A stretch of DNA of 34,237 bases from a bacterium (GTDB lineage: Bacteria > Cyanobacteriota > Vampirovibrionia > Gastranaerophilales > Gastranaerophilaceae). The position numbers and the translations under genes were made by a program. Shown piece after piece: positions 1-8,093 of the stretch (positions are counted from its first letter, which is position 1; each line of letters starts with the position of its first letter). The stretch is from the NCBI GenBank assembly GCA_024408705.1, contig JAKSUT010000001.1, positions 1 to 34,237 on the forward strand. Reading direction: 5' to 3'. The notes below the pieces were generated by a model. That model was given only the letters and a program-made list of their open reading frames with translations, ran no database searches and was not told the origin of the DNA.

Positions 1-255
1 TCAATGATAAAAATTGGTAAAACATACGAAAACTTTATGATTGACCTAAAAGCAACTAATGAAAAATTAAAAGACAGAGCAATAAAAATTGTTTCTCAAA
101 TTGCAGAAGTTAATATGGCTGACGCACTTGCTATGTTAATGAAAAGCAGTTGGGAAATCAAAGTTGCGATTGTTGCATTAAAATTAAACACAGATGTAGC
201 AAAAGCAAGACTAGAACTAAAAAAACACAATGGAATACTTAGAAAAATAATATAA
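1..255 (+). CDS. murQ: N-acetylmuramic acid 6-phosphate etherase, C-terminal fragment (5' end outside window)
   Basis: Frame is open from base 1. The translated tail IGKTYENFMIDLKATNEKLKDRAIKIV... resembles the conserved C-terminal block of SIS-family MurNAc-6-P etherases (family recalled from memory). TAA at 253-255. Confidence 0.7.
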   Translation, partial: SMIKIGKTYENFMIDLKATNEKLKDRAIKIVSQIAEVNMADALAMLMKSSWEIKVAIVALKLNTDVAKARLELKKHNGILRKII

Positions 256-272
256 TTTGAGAGGTTAAATAT

Positions 273-1274
273 ATGAAACTTACTGTACTTGGGCCAGGAT
301 GCTGGGGTTTAACATTAGCATGGTTATTAACAAACAATTTCGATGAAGTTACCGTTTGGGGTAGAGAAAGCGATATTTCAGAAGATTTAGCAAAAAATAA
401 ACATTGCTCAAAACCACTTGAAGTACAACTTCAAGACAAAGTAAAAATAGAAACAGATTTAAAAACAGCTATAAGTGGTGCTGATATAATCCTTTTAGTT
501 GTAGCAACAAATGGTATAAGACCTGTTTGCGAACAATTAAAACTTGCAGGAATAAAATCAAATCAAATTTTGGTAAACGCATCAAAAGGTATTGAACTTC
601 CATCATTGATGAGAATGTCAGAAGTTATAAAAGACGTTCTACCAGAACAAGATTTGGCAATTCTATCAGGTCCTACACTTGCAAAAGAAGTTCTTATGGG
701 ATGTCCAACAGCTGCTTCTGTTGCAAGCGAAAATATGGAAATTGCAACTAAAGTTCAAAAAATTTGTACTGTACCTAGCAAATTTAGACTTTACACAAAC
801 AAAGACGTAATTGGTGTTGAACTTGGCGGAAGTTTGAAAAACGTAATCGCTATCGCATCAGGTTTCGCACACACAATGGGTTTAGGCGACAACTGTGCAG
901 GCGCATTACTTACAAGAGGTATGGCAGAAATTATCAGAGTCAGCATTAAACTTGGTGCAAGTCCATCAACTCTATACGGGCTATCAGGAATGGGCGATTT
1001 AATCGCGACTTGTTCAAGTCCAATGTCTAGAAACTATACAGTAGGTTCAATGCTTGCTAAAGGTAAAAAAATCAACGATATACTTAATGAACTTGGTTCA
1101 GTTGCAGAAGGTGTTAAAACATCAAAAGCAGTTTGTGAATTAGCAAAAAAATTGGACTTAGAAGTTCCTGTTTCAAGCGCAATCTACGAAGCTGTTTATA
1201 CAGATATAACACCAGAAGCACTACTTGAAAAACTTATGAATAGAAAATTGAAAGAAGAGGAATGTTACGTCTAA
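273..1274 (+). CDS. gpsA: NAD(P)H-dependent glycerol-3-phosphate dehydrogenase
   Basis: 333-aa ORF with N-terminal dinucleotide-binding motif LGPGCWGLTLA and a GSLKNVIAIASG block typical of GpsA. GAGAGG SD-like sequence lies 8 nt upstream of the ATG. Confidence 0.9.
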   Translation: MKLTVLGPGCWGLTLAWLLTNNFDEVTVWGRESDISEDLAKNKHCSKPLEVQLQDKVKIETDLKTAISGADIILLVVATNGIRPVCEQLKLAGIKSNQILVNASKGIELPSLMRMSEVIKDVLPEQDLAILSGPTLAKEVLMGCPTAASVASENMEIATKVQKICTVPSKFRLYTNKDVIGVELGGSLKNVIAIASGFAHTMGLGDNCAGALLTRGMAEIIRVSIKLGASPSTLYGLSGMGDLIATCSSPMSRNYTVGSMLAKGKKINDILNELGSVAEGVKTSKAVCELAKKLDLEVPVSSAIYEAVYTDITPEALLEKLMNRKLKEEECYV

Positions 1275-1296
1275 AACGTAATGAATAAATAGAAAT

Positions 1297-2220
1297 ATGA
1301 AATATGCCGTAAGATTAATAAAAAATACTTTTCATCCATTAAGAGTTCCTGAAGGTAAGGAAGTCAAAGATGGAGATATGGTTTTGGTTACAACGGATAA
1401 AGGTGAAGAAGCAGTAAAAGTTTTCACTGTAAATTCCGAAATTTCCAAACAGTGGGAAAAATCAAAAGTTGAAGAACTAACATTAATAAAAGTTTTAAAC
1501 GAAAATGATTTAGAAACACTAAAAAAACTTAAAGAAGAAGAAATTGAAAGTTTGCTAAAATGCCAAACTCTAATTGCAAAACATAAGCTTGGAATGCATT
1601 TGGTACAATGTAGAATAACTTTTGACAGAAAAAAAATCACATTCTACTATACTGCACCAGAAAGAGTTGATTTCAGAGAACTTTTAAAAGACTTAACTCA
1701 AATATTCAAACGCATAAGAATCGATTTAAGACACATTGGAGTTAGAGATGAAACTTCTATCGTAGAAGGTTGCGGAATCTGTGGTAAACCATTTTGCTGT
1801 TGTGGATTTTTGAGAAAATTTGAAACAACAAATATTAAACTTGCAAAAGATCAAGGTATGCCAATTGCTCCGGGAAAAATTTCAGGGACTTGCGGAAGAT
1901 TGCTTTGTTGTTTAAATTATGAATACTCAAACTACATTGAAGCAGCAAAAGGAATGCCTCCTATCGGCTCTTCTGTAATGACTCCAGATGGTTTAGGAAA
2001 AGTATTCTCTCTACAATTCTTATCATCAAAAATTTCTGTAAAACTTGAAGATGGAAAAACAAAAGAATACACAAAACAAGATATAGAAATGGTTGATGCA
2101 GAAGTAAATGTAGAAATAAACTTACCAAACACAAACCAATATGCAACTGGTGAAAAAATTGATATGAAACAACTTAAACAACTTGAAGACGACAGAAACA
2201 GTTCAACAGGTAATGTTTAA
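1297..2220 (+). CDS. ricT: PSP1 C-terminal domain protein (YaaT/RicT family)
   Basis: 307-aa ORF. The Cys-rich core GCGICGKPFCCCGFL...GTCGRLLCCLNYEY is the hallmark of the PSP1 domain found in B. subtilis YaaT/RicT. Confidence 0.8.
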   Translation: MKYAVRLIKNTFHPLRVPEGKEVKDGDMVLVTTDKGEEAVKVFTVNSEISKQWEKSKVEELTLIKVLNENDLETLKKLKEEEIESLLKCQTLIAKHKLGMHLVQCRITFDRKKITFYYTAPERVDFRELLKDLTQIFKRIRIDLRHIGVRDETSIVEGCGICGKPFCCCGFLRKFETTNIKLAKDQGMPIAPGKISGTCGRLLCCLNYEYSNYIEAAKGMPPIGSSVMTPDGLGKVFSLQFLSSKISVKLEDGKTKEYTKQDIEMVDAEVNVEINLPNTNQYATGEKIDMKQLKQLEDDRNSSTGNV

Positions 2221-2240
2221 AAACAAATATCACAAAATAA

Positions 2241-2273
2241 AAAGAGCAAATCAATTAAGATTTACTCTTTTTT
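2241..2273. terminator. Bidirectional intrinsic terminator between convergent ricT and ftsL-like genes
   Basis: Stem aaagagcaaatc (2241-2252) pairs with gatttactcttt (2259-2270) with one mismatch and a 6-nt loop. There is an A-run on the left and a T-run on the right. Confidence 0.6.
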
Positions 2274-2289
2274 AATTTAAAAATTTTTA

Positions 2290-2754
2290 TTAATAACCAA
2301 TATCCCAAACAACAGCTTTTGGTTTGCTTGTTTTATCAGAAATGCTTTTTGAGCCAACAGCTTGAACTTCAATAACTTGTTGAGCTTTTTTCAAAATATT
2401 TGAATGCTGAATTGACATATCAACATTATTAAAAGATTTCAATTTATCTAATTTATTTTGCAAATCAGCATTTTCATCGTTCAAAACAACTGTTTGACGG
2501 CTTAAATCATTTAATACAATTTCGTTTGCAGTAGCAAAATAATAACTAACTGCAGTAATAATAATTGAAACAACCAAAAAAACGGCTAAGGTACAATTAA
2601 CTTTTCTGATTGACATCTCTTTCTTTTCTTCCTCTCTTGGAAAAAACCCTCTTATAACAGGAGCAGAAACAGATGTAAACGGAGAAGATACATTTTTAGC
2701 ATATCTACCTGTTTTAATTTCTGAATATTCTTCTACTGCATTTGCGATGCTCAA
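2290..2754 (-). CDS. FtsL/DivIC-like bitopic cell-division protein (positional call)
   Basis: 154-aa ORF 12 nt downstream of rsmH. It has one TM helix (LAVFLVVSIIITAVSYYFA) followed by a short coiled coil (LNDENADLQNKLDKLKS). This is the canonical slot after rsmH, but the sequence itself is not diagnostic. Confidence 0.5.
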   Translation of the reverse strand: MSIANAVEEYSEIKTGRYAKNVSSPFTSVSAPVIRGFFPREEEKKEMSIRKVNCTLAVFLVVSIIITAVSYYFATANEIVLNDLSRQTVVLNDENADLQNKLDKLKSFNNVDMSIQHSNILKKAQQVIEVQAVGSKSISDKTSKPKAVVWDIGY

Positions 2755-2766
2755 TTATGTTACTCC

Positions 2767-3699
2767 CTAGACATTTACCCTTCTTGCAATTCTTAATTTT
2801 GCACTTCTAGAAGGGGGGTTTAATCTTACTTCTTCTATACTAGCCATTATTGGTTTTTTGGTAACAAGCTCCAATCTAGGAGGCTCACAGTTACATATCA
2901 TTTGAGATTTATCACACTTACACTTTAAAGACTCATATTTGAAAAATTGTTTCACTAATCTATCTTCAAGTGAGTGAAAACTTATTACTGATATTATAGC
3001 ACCATCATCTAATATTTCCAAACAATCATTCAATGTTTTTTTTACATTTGTTAACTCTTGATTAACCTCAATTCTAATTGCCTGAAACACCCTTGTAGCA
3101 GGGTGAACAGATGATTTTACATGAGGCGTACATTCAACAATCAAATTAGCTAATTCGCCAGTAGTTGCAATACTTTTAGCCTTTCTTTTTTCTACTATAC
3201 ATTTAGCAATTCTTTTTGAAAATCTTTCTTCTCCGTATTCGCTAAAAATACGCACCAAATCTGTTTCTTTATAGGTATTAACCACGTCATAAGCCGTAAA
3301 ATCAGCACTTTCGTCAAATCGCATATCAAGTGGCGCATCTTTCATAAAACTGAAACCTCGCTCCTGACAAGTGAGTTGATGGTATGAAGCACCCAAATCA
3401 AAAAGTATTCCGCCAGTTATTTTTTCAATACCTAAATCTTGTAAAACTTTCTTTACATTTGTATATGATTGCTTAACAATTGTTAAATTATCGTAATTTT
3501 TTAATCTTTCTTTCGCAGCACAAATTGCATCGTTATCAATATCAAAAGAAATTAATCTACCAGAAGGTTTTATTCTTTGCAAGATAAGTTCGCTATGACC
3601 GCCACCACCAAGAGTAGCATCAACATATATCTTTCCGTCTTGGCAATTTAGAGCATCAACGGCTTCGTTTTTCATTACTGTATAATGTTTGAATTCCAA
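2767..3699 (-). CDS. rsmH: 16S rRNA (cytosine1402-N4)-methyltransferase
   Basis: 310-aa ORF with SAM-binding motif DATLGGGGHS and the SFHSLEDR block typical of MraW/RsmH. GGAG lies 9 nt upstream of the ATG. Confidence 0.92.
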   Translation of the reverse strand: MEFKHYTVMKNEAVDALNCQDGKIYVDATLGGGGHSELILQRIKPSGRLISFDIDNDAICAAKERLKNYDNLTIVKQSYTNVKKVLQDLGIEKITGGILFDLGASYHQLTCQERGFSFMKDAPLDMRFDESADFTAYDVVNTYKETDLVRIFSEYGEERFSKRIAKCIVEKRKAKSIATTGELANLIVECTPHVKSSVHPATRVFQAIRIEVNQELTNVKKTLNDCLEILDDGAIISVISFHSLEDRLVKQFFKYESLKCKCDKSQMICNCEPPRLELVTKKPIMASIEEVRLNPPSRSAKLRIARRVNV

Positions 3700-3792
3700 T
3701 GATAAATTCTCCTTGATAAAAGAATTTTATCATGCAAAAAACACGGCATCAAAAAATGTCGCAAATATACTTCTTATAATTTTACATAAAAA

Positions 3793-3891
3793 CTACTGAT
3801 GTTGAGCTTTAAATTCGTCAACTACACCAGGGATAAGAATTAGAGCAGCATAAACAATAAAACCAAACAAGAATAAATTCAAAATTTCCAT
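3793..3891 (-). CDS. 32-codon hydrophobic mini-protein (hypothetical)
   Basis: Hand translation gives MEILNLFLFGFIVYAALILIPGVVDEFKAQHQ-TAG. AGGAG lies 7 nt upstream of the ATG (revcomp of 3899-3903). It is one predicted TM helix and was too short for the ORF track. Confidence 0.35.
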   Translation of the reverse strand: MEILNLFLFGFIVYAALILIPGVVDEFKAQHQ

Positions 3892-3960
3892 GATTACACT
3901 CCTAAATAACTACAAATATTTTGTACCACATTTAAAAAATATTTAAACGTTATTTTTGTC

Positions 3961-4299
3961 ATGGTAAAATTTTTAATTATGAAATACGACTTTACGATAT
4001 TATTAAAAAATATGTGTTGTTCAAAATGCAAAGCAGATTTTGACGAAAATTCAGTTGAAATTATTAGAGAAGAAAAAAATCTTTTAGTAATAAATTTAAC
4101 TTGTCAAAATTGTGGCAAAGAATTTGGAACAGCATTTTTAAGCATTAATTCAGAAAACAAAAATACAAAATCAGAAGATTTAGAGCTTGTCATACAAGAC
4201 AAAAACCCTGCAATAACAGTTGATGACGTAATTGATGCACACAATTTTATAAAAGACATGTCAGAAGATTGGCAGAAATATTTACCAAACGAAGAATAA
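3961..4299 (+). CDS. Zinc-ribbon protein, function unknown
   Basis: 112-aa ORF with two CxxC pairs (CSKC ... CQNC) about 27 residues apart. There is no clear SD, so the start could instead be the ATG at 3979. Confidence 0.5.
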   Translation: MVKFLIMKYDFTILLKNMCCSKCKADFDENSVEIIREEKNLLVINLTCQNCGKEFGTAFLSINSENKNTKSEDLELVIQDKNPAITVDDVIDAHNFIKDMSEDWQKYLPNEE

Positions 4300-4300
4300 A

Positions 4301-5653
4301 TTAAAAACTTTCTTCAAATTTTTCTTTACCTGTTTCAACTTCTGGTTTTCTAATAATCAAAATTTTAGTAATTCTTGCGCCATCAATTTCTTTTACATGG
4401 CATTCCATATTTTGAATTTGAACAACATCACCAACAACAGCAAGACGACCAAGATATTTTACAACCAATCCGCCAATAGTATCAACATCTTCATCTTCAA
4501 TCAAATCTTGTTCAAAGAATTCTCCAAGTTCATCCATTCTTAAAATGGCATTTACTAAATAAGTATTTTCACCAACTTGTTTAATATCGGCTTCTTCTTC
4601 ATCAAATTCATCCTGAACTTCACCAAATATTTCTTCCATTACATCTTCTAATGTAACAATACCTGATGTTCCGCCAAATTCATCTACTACAATAGCCATT
4701 TGACCTTTGCGTTTTTTAAATTCTAAAACCAAATTATCCATTGTAATTGTTTCTGGAACTAAAATTGCAGGACGCAAAATTTTATTAACAGAAAAAGCTT
4801 TGTGTTCAGTTGTTGAAACCGCAAACAAATCTTTTGCGTGAATAATACCTACAATATGATCTAAGTCTTCATCATAAACAGGATATCTTGTATATTGAAC
4901 TTCTGTAGTAATCTTTATCAATTCATCATAAGAAATATCAACAGGAATACAAACGGCATCAGTTCTCGAAATCATAACTTGTTTTGCAGTCAAATCAGAG
5001 AATTTAAATACATTTTGCAACATATCTTTTTCAGTTTCATTTAAAACACCATCTTTATAAGATGCGTTGATAAGCATATTCAACTCTTCGATTGAATGAG
5101 CTAAATGTGCAGATTGAGAAACAGGAATATGTAAAAGTTTTAAGATAGTATTTGCAAGAGTATTTAATAAAATAACCGCAGGATTAAATATTACAAGTAA
5201 AATCTTCATAGGAAGAGCAACCATCAAAGACATTTTTTCAGGGAATTGTAAAGTAATAGATTTTGGTATAATTTCACCTAAAACAACGTGCATTATAGTA
5301 ATCAATACATAAGCAACTGTTGTAGAAATAGAATGAGTAACAACAAGTTGAGAATTGTGAGACAAGAAATCAAAACAAGGTTCAATCATTCTTGCGATTG
5401 TACTTTCTCCAACCCAACCTAAAGCAATACTCGCCATTGTAATACCAAGTTGAACGGCAGCGATAAACTTATCAATATCTTGAAGTTGTTCAAGAGCTAA
5501 TTTCGCATTAAAATTACCTTCATCAGTAAGTTGTTTAATACGTGTTTTTCTTGCTCCAATAATTGATATTTCGGCTGCTACAAAAAATCCATTAATAAAT
5601 AATAAAATTGCAACTATTAATAAATTTGAAAAAATACTACCAAGGTCGTCCAT
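4301..5653 (-). CDS. CNNM/CorC/HlyC-family transporter (DUF21 membrane domain + CBS pair + CorC_HlyC)
   Basis: 450-aa ORF with an N-terminal four-helix membrane region, a central CBS-pair-like region and a C-terminal GDVV...I..V.G.RI motif region. This is the typical 'hemolysin family protein' architecture. Confidence 0.85.
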   Translation of the reverse strand: MDDLGSIFSNLLIVAILLFINGFFVAAEISIIGARKTRIKQLTDEGNFNAKLALEQLQDIDKFIAAVQLGITMASIALGWVGESTIARMIEPCFDFLSHNSQLVVTHSISTTVAYVLITIMHVVLGEIIPKSITLQFPEKMSLMVALPMKILLVIFNPAVILLNTLANTILKLLHIPVSQSAHLAHSIEELNMLINASYKDGVLNETEKDMLQNVFKFSDLTAKQVMISRTDAVCIPVDISYDELIKITTEVQYTRYPVYDEDLDHIVGIIHAKDLFAVSTTEHKAFSVNKILRPAILVPETITMDNLVLEFKKRKGQMAIVVDEFGGTSGIVTLEDVMEEIFGEVQDEFDEEEADIKQVGENTYLVNAILRMDELGEFFEQDLIEDEDVDTIGGLVVKYLGRLAVVGDVVQIQNMECHVKEIDGARITKILIIRKPEVETGKEKFEESF

Positions 5654-5725
5654 TAAATTTCCTTAAAAAAATTTTGTTGATATAATTATAGTATATAAGA
5701 ATACAAAAGTAAAGAAGGCGAATAA

Positions 5726-5980
5726 TTGAGATTAGATAAATTTTTAAAAGTTTCAAGACTTATAAAACGCAGAACAGTCGCAAACGAAGTATCTGAAAAG
5801 GGTAGAGTTTTGGTAAACGGGACACAAGCAAAACCAGCAAAAATTCTAAAAGTTGGCGATAAAATAAGAATTGAAAGTTCTAAAAAACCTATTGAAGTAG
5901 AAGTCTTAATAATTCCTACAGGAAACGTAAGCATTCAAGAATCAAGCACATTATACAAAGTTCTTGAAGGCGAAAATTAA
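5726..5980 (+). CDS. rqcP: S4-domain RNA-binding protein, RqcP/YabO (Hsp15-like) family
   Basis: 84-aa ORF. The N-terminus MRLDKFLKVSRLIKRRTVANEV is nearly identical to my recollection of B. subtilis YabO/RqcP. Confidence 0.7.
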   Translation: MRLDKFLKVSRLIKRRTVANEVSEKGRVLVNGTQAKPAKILKVGDKIRIESSKKPIEVEVLIIPTGNVSIQESSTLYKVLEGEN

Positions 5981-6933
5981 TATTCTTCGTTAATTAATTT
6001 ATTATAAAAACTTATATATTGTTTAGATAATTTTTCATTTCCCAATTGTTTGTAGGTATAAGCTAAATTATAATGAAAATCTGGCTCAGTATTTTTTAAA
6101 GAAATAGCTTTCAAAAATGCAATTTTTGCTTTTTTTAATTCGCCAATTTTCAAATACGCACAACCTAAATTGTAATATCCATAAGAAAATTGATTATTAT
6201 ATTTATTAGCTTTTCTGTAATTTTGAATAGCCAAATTATATCTATCTTCTTCTAAATAAATATTTGCAAGATTATAATATGCTTTGTAATAACAAGGATT
6301 TACAAGAATTGCACGTGAATACATAAAAGTAGCTTCAGAAATTTTACCCTTATCCTGCAAAATGTTTCCTAATAAAAGCCAATCTTGTTCTGTTCTTTCA
6401 TCTTCTGGAACTTTTGTAATTAACTCAAATGCTTTATCTATATTGTTATTACTATAATAAAAAACAATTTCTCTTGAAGCTGTAACATCACTTTCTTCAG
6501 GCTTATTAGTTTTTAAATCAGGCAAAAGATATTCTCTAAATTTTCTTGAATAAAAAGAAGTTTTAGTCTTTTTAACACTATTCTTTTTAACATTTTTATT
6601 TTCTATTTTTTCTTTAACCGGTTTTTCAGATTTAATTTTTTGGGCTTTTACCATTTCTACTTTAGGTTTTTCAGTTTTTTGCTTAGCTATTTTTTCTTTT
6701 TCTACTTTTTGTTTTACAGGTTTTATTTTTTCTACTTTAACTTTTTCTGTTTTGGTTTTATCAACTTTAACCTTATCTGCAGTTTTCTTTTCTGCTTTTG
6801 GTTTAACAGGTTTTGTTTTTTCTACTTTAACTTTATCAGTAGTTTTTTCAGTAGAAACATTATCATCTTTAGCAACGGCAAAAGATGAAAGCAAAAACAT
6901 AATCAAAGCTATTGAACAAATACTCTTTTTCAT
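5977..6933 (-). CDS. Secreted TPR-repeat protein with lysine-rich repetitive linker
   Basis: 318-aa ORF with a signal peptide MKKSICSIALIMFLLSSFAVA|KDD. Residues about 29-125 are K/V/E/T repeats. The C-terminal half has TPR-like repeats (AYYNLANIYLEE, GYYNLGCAYLKIG, FHYNLAYTY). Confidence 0.75.
   Translation of the reverse strand: MKKSICSIALIMFLLSSFAVAKDDNVSTEKTTDKVKVEKTKPVKPKAEKKTADKVKVDKTKTEKVKVEKIKPVKQKVEKEKIAKQKTEKPKVEMVKAQKIKSEKPVKEKIENKNVKKNSVKKTKTSFYSRKFREYLLPDLKTNKPEESDVTASREIVFYYSNNNIDKAFELITKVPEDERTEQDWLLLGNILQDKGKISEATFMYSRAILVNPCYYKAYYNLANIYLEEDRYNLAIQNYRKANKYNNQFSYGYYNLGCAYLKIGELKKAKIAFLKAISLKNTEPDFHYNLAYTYKQLGNEKLSKQYISFYNKLINEEY
6559..6849 (-). repeat. In-frame low-complexity tandem repeat encoding xKVKVxKxKP-type decapeptides
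   Basis: The 29-nt block acaggtttt(a/g)ttttttctactttaacttt occurs at 6716-6744 and 6806-6834, exactly 90 nt apart with 1 mismatch. In protein: DKVKVEKTKPVKPK / DKVKVDKTKT / EKVKVEKIKPVKQK. Confidence 0.7.
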
Positions 6934-6971
6934 AAAAACATTATACAGACAAAAATTTTAAAAGTAAAAAT

Positions 6972-6999
6972 TTGACTTTTAAAAAACATAATCTAAACT
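6972..6999 (+). promoter_or_regulatory. Candidate sigma70-type promoter with no downstream CDS
   Basis: TTGACT (6972-6977), 16-nt spacer, TAAACT (6994-6999). It points toward the hairpin at 7026-7055. Confidence 0.3.
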
Positions 7000-7025
7000 G
7001 TTATAGATGTCTCTTTTACTGATGC

Positions 7026-7061
7026 AGTCTTGTCAAAGGAAATTTGGCAAGACTTTTTTTA
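7026..7061 (+). terminator. Strong plus-strand-oriented intrinsic terminator hairpin
   Basis: 11-bp stem agtcttgtcaa (7026-7036) / ttggcaagact (7045-7055) with one G-U and an 8-nt loop, then a T7 run through 7060. On the minus strand the U-tract is missing (an A-run precedes the stem). Confidence 0.6.
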
Positions 7062-8063
7062 TTAATACATTCTAACCAATTCTCTTACATCAGCCAAAAC
7101 TTTTTTAGCTTCTTCTCTTGCCTTATTAGAACCTTCTCTTAAAATATCTTCTACTTCTGAGATATGTTCTTCATAATAACGTCTTTTTTCTCTGATTGGT
7201 GCAAATTTTTCATTAATAACTTTAGCTAACGCTCTTTTGCAATCAGCACAACCACGTTGTCCTGCTTTACATTCACAATTTACAGTAGAAACTGTTTGAG
7301 CATCTCCAAAAATTTCCCAATATTTATATACAACTTCACACAAATCAGGATGACCTAAATCATCTTTTTTAATACGTGTTCTATCTGTTATAGCACGCAT
7401 CAATTTCTTTTCAGTTGTTTTTTCATCATCAGAAATTTTAATATCATTATTGTTTGATTTACCCATTTTATTACCATCAAGCCCACAGAACAATGGAACT
7501 TGAGTAAGTTTCGGCTGAGGCTCATTGAAATATTGTTTTCCATAAATATTATTAAAACGTCTTGCAATATCTCTAGTAATTTCGATATGCGCAACTTGGT
7601 CAATACCAACAGGAACAACCTGAGCATTCAACATCATAATATCTGCACTCATCAAAACAGGATAACCAAGCAAGCCATAACTGATTTGAGAATTTGTAGC
7701 TTCTTTTTTATCCAAAATTTTAACCATATCTTTCAATGTTGGGTCACGTTCTACCCAATTTTGAGGAGTACACATAGCTAAATAAATATTTAATTCAGCA
7801 ATTTCTGGGACTAAAGACTGAACATATATTGTAGATTTATTAGGATCAATACCACAAGCAAGCCAATCCATAGCAACATCAAGAACATTTTGTCTTAATT
7901 CTTCTGTATTATCATATTTTGTAGTCAAAGCATGCCAATCTGCAACAAAGAAATTGCAGTCATATTCATCTTGCAAATTTACCCAATTTTGAATAACTCC
8001 AAGATAATGTCCAAAATGTAATTTGCCAGTTGGTCTCATACCTGATACAATTCGTTGTTTCAA
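7062..8063 (-). CDS. trpS: Tryptophan--tRNA ligase
   Basis: 333-aa class I aaRS with a HIGH-type motif (GKLHFGHYLG), a KMSKS-type motif (KMGKS) and conserved VPVGIDQ. AGGAG lies about 10 nt upstream. Confidence 0.93.
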   Translation of the reverse strand: MKQRIVSGMRPTGKLHFGHYLGVIQNWVNLQDEYDCNFFVADWHALTTKYDNTEELRQNVLDVAMDWLACGIDPNKSTIYVQSLVPEIAELNIYLAMCTPQNWVERDPTLKDMVKILDKKEATNSQISYGLLGYPVLMSADIMMLNAQVVPVGIDQVAHIEITRDIARRFNNIYGKQYFNEPQPKLTQVPLFCGLDGNKMGKSNNNDIKISDDEKTTEKKLMRAITDRTRIKKDDLGHPDLCEVVYKYWEIFGDAQTVSTVNCECKAGQRGCADCKRALAKVINEKFAPIREKRRYYEEHISEVEDILREGSNKAREEAKKVLADVRELVRMY

Positions 8064-8093
8064 AGCTTTGCTCCTTTAATACATAAATACACG

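Noticed and set aside
1332-2146. Minus-strand ORFs 1332-1640, 1932-2132 and 1961-2146 inside the PSP1 gene. The same applies to the antisense or overlapping ORFs at 5686-5934, 7400-7781, 8287-8565, 9337-9537, 12699-12887, 15850-16110, 17166-17390, 17694-17912, 24533-24718, 25499-25753, 31156-31782 and 32278-32547.
   Set aside because: All are nested in, or antisense to, genes with clear family signatures, or they run through terminator or promoter DNA. They show biased low-complexity composition and have no SD. I treat them as six-frame noise.
6640-6961. Phe-rich ORFs 6640-6888 and 6752-6961. I also considered whether the periodic DNA repeat was a CRISPR-like array.
   Set aside because: They are the antisense of the Lys-rich repeat (AAA/AAG mirrored to TTT/CTT). 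The repeats are in-frame coding repeats with 30- or 90-nt periodicity and no unique spacers, so this is not a CRISPR array.
8064-8093. Looked for a T-box leader or tryptophan attenuator upstream of trpS
   Set aside because: Only 30 nt separate trpS from the upstream hydrolase gene, which leaves no room for a T-box. trpS is probably co-transcribed with the hydrolase.
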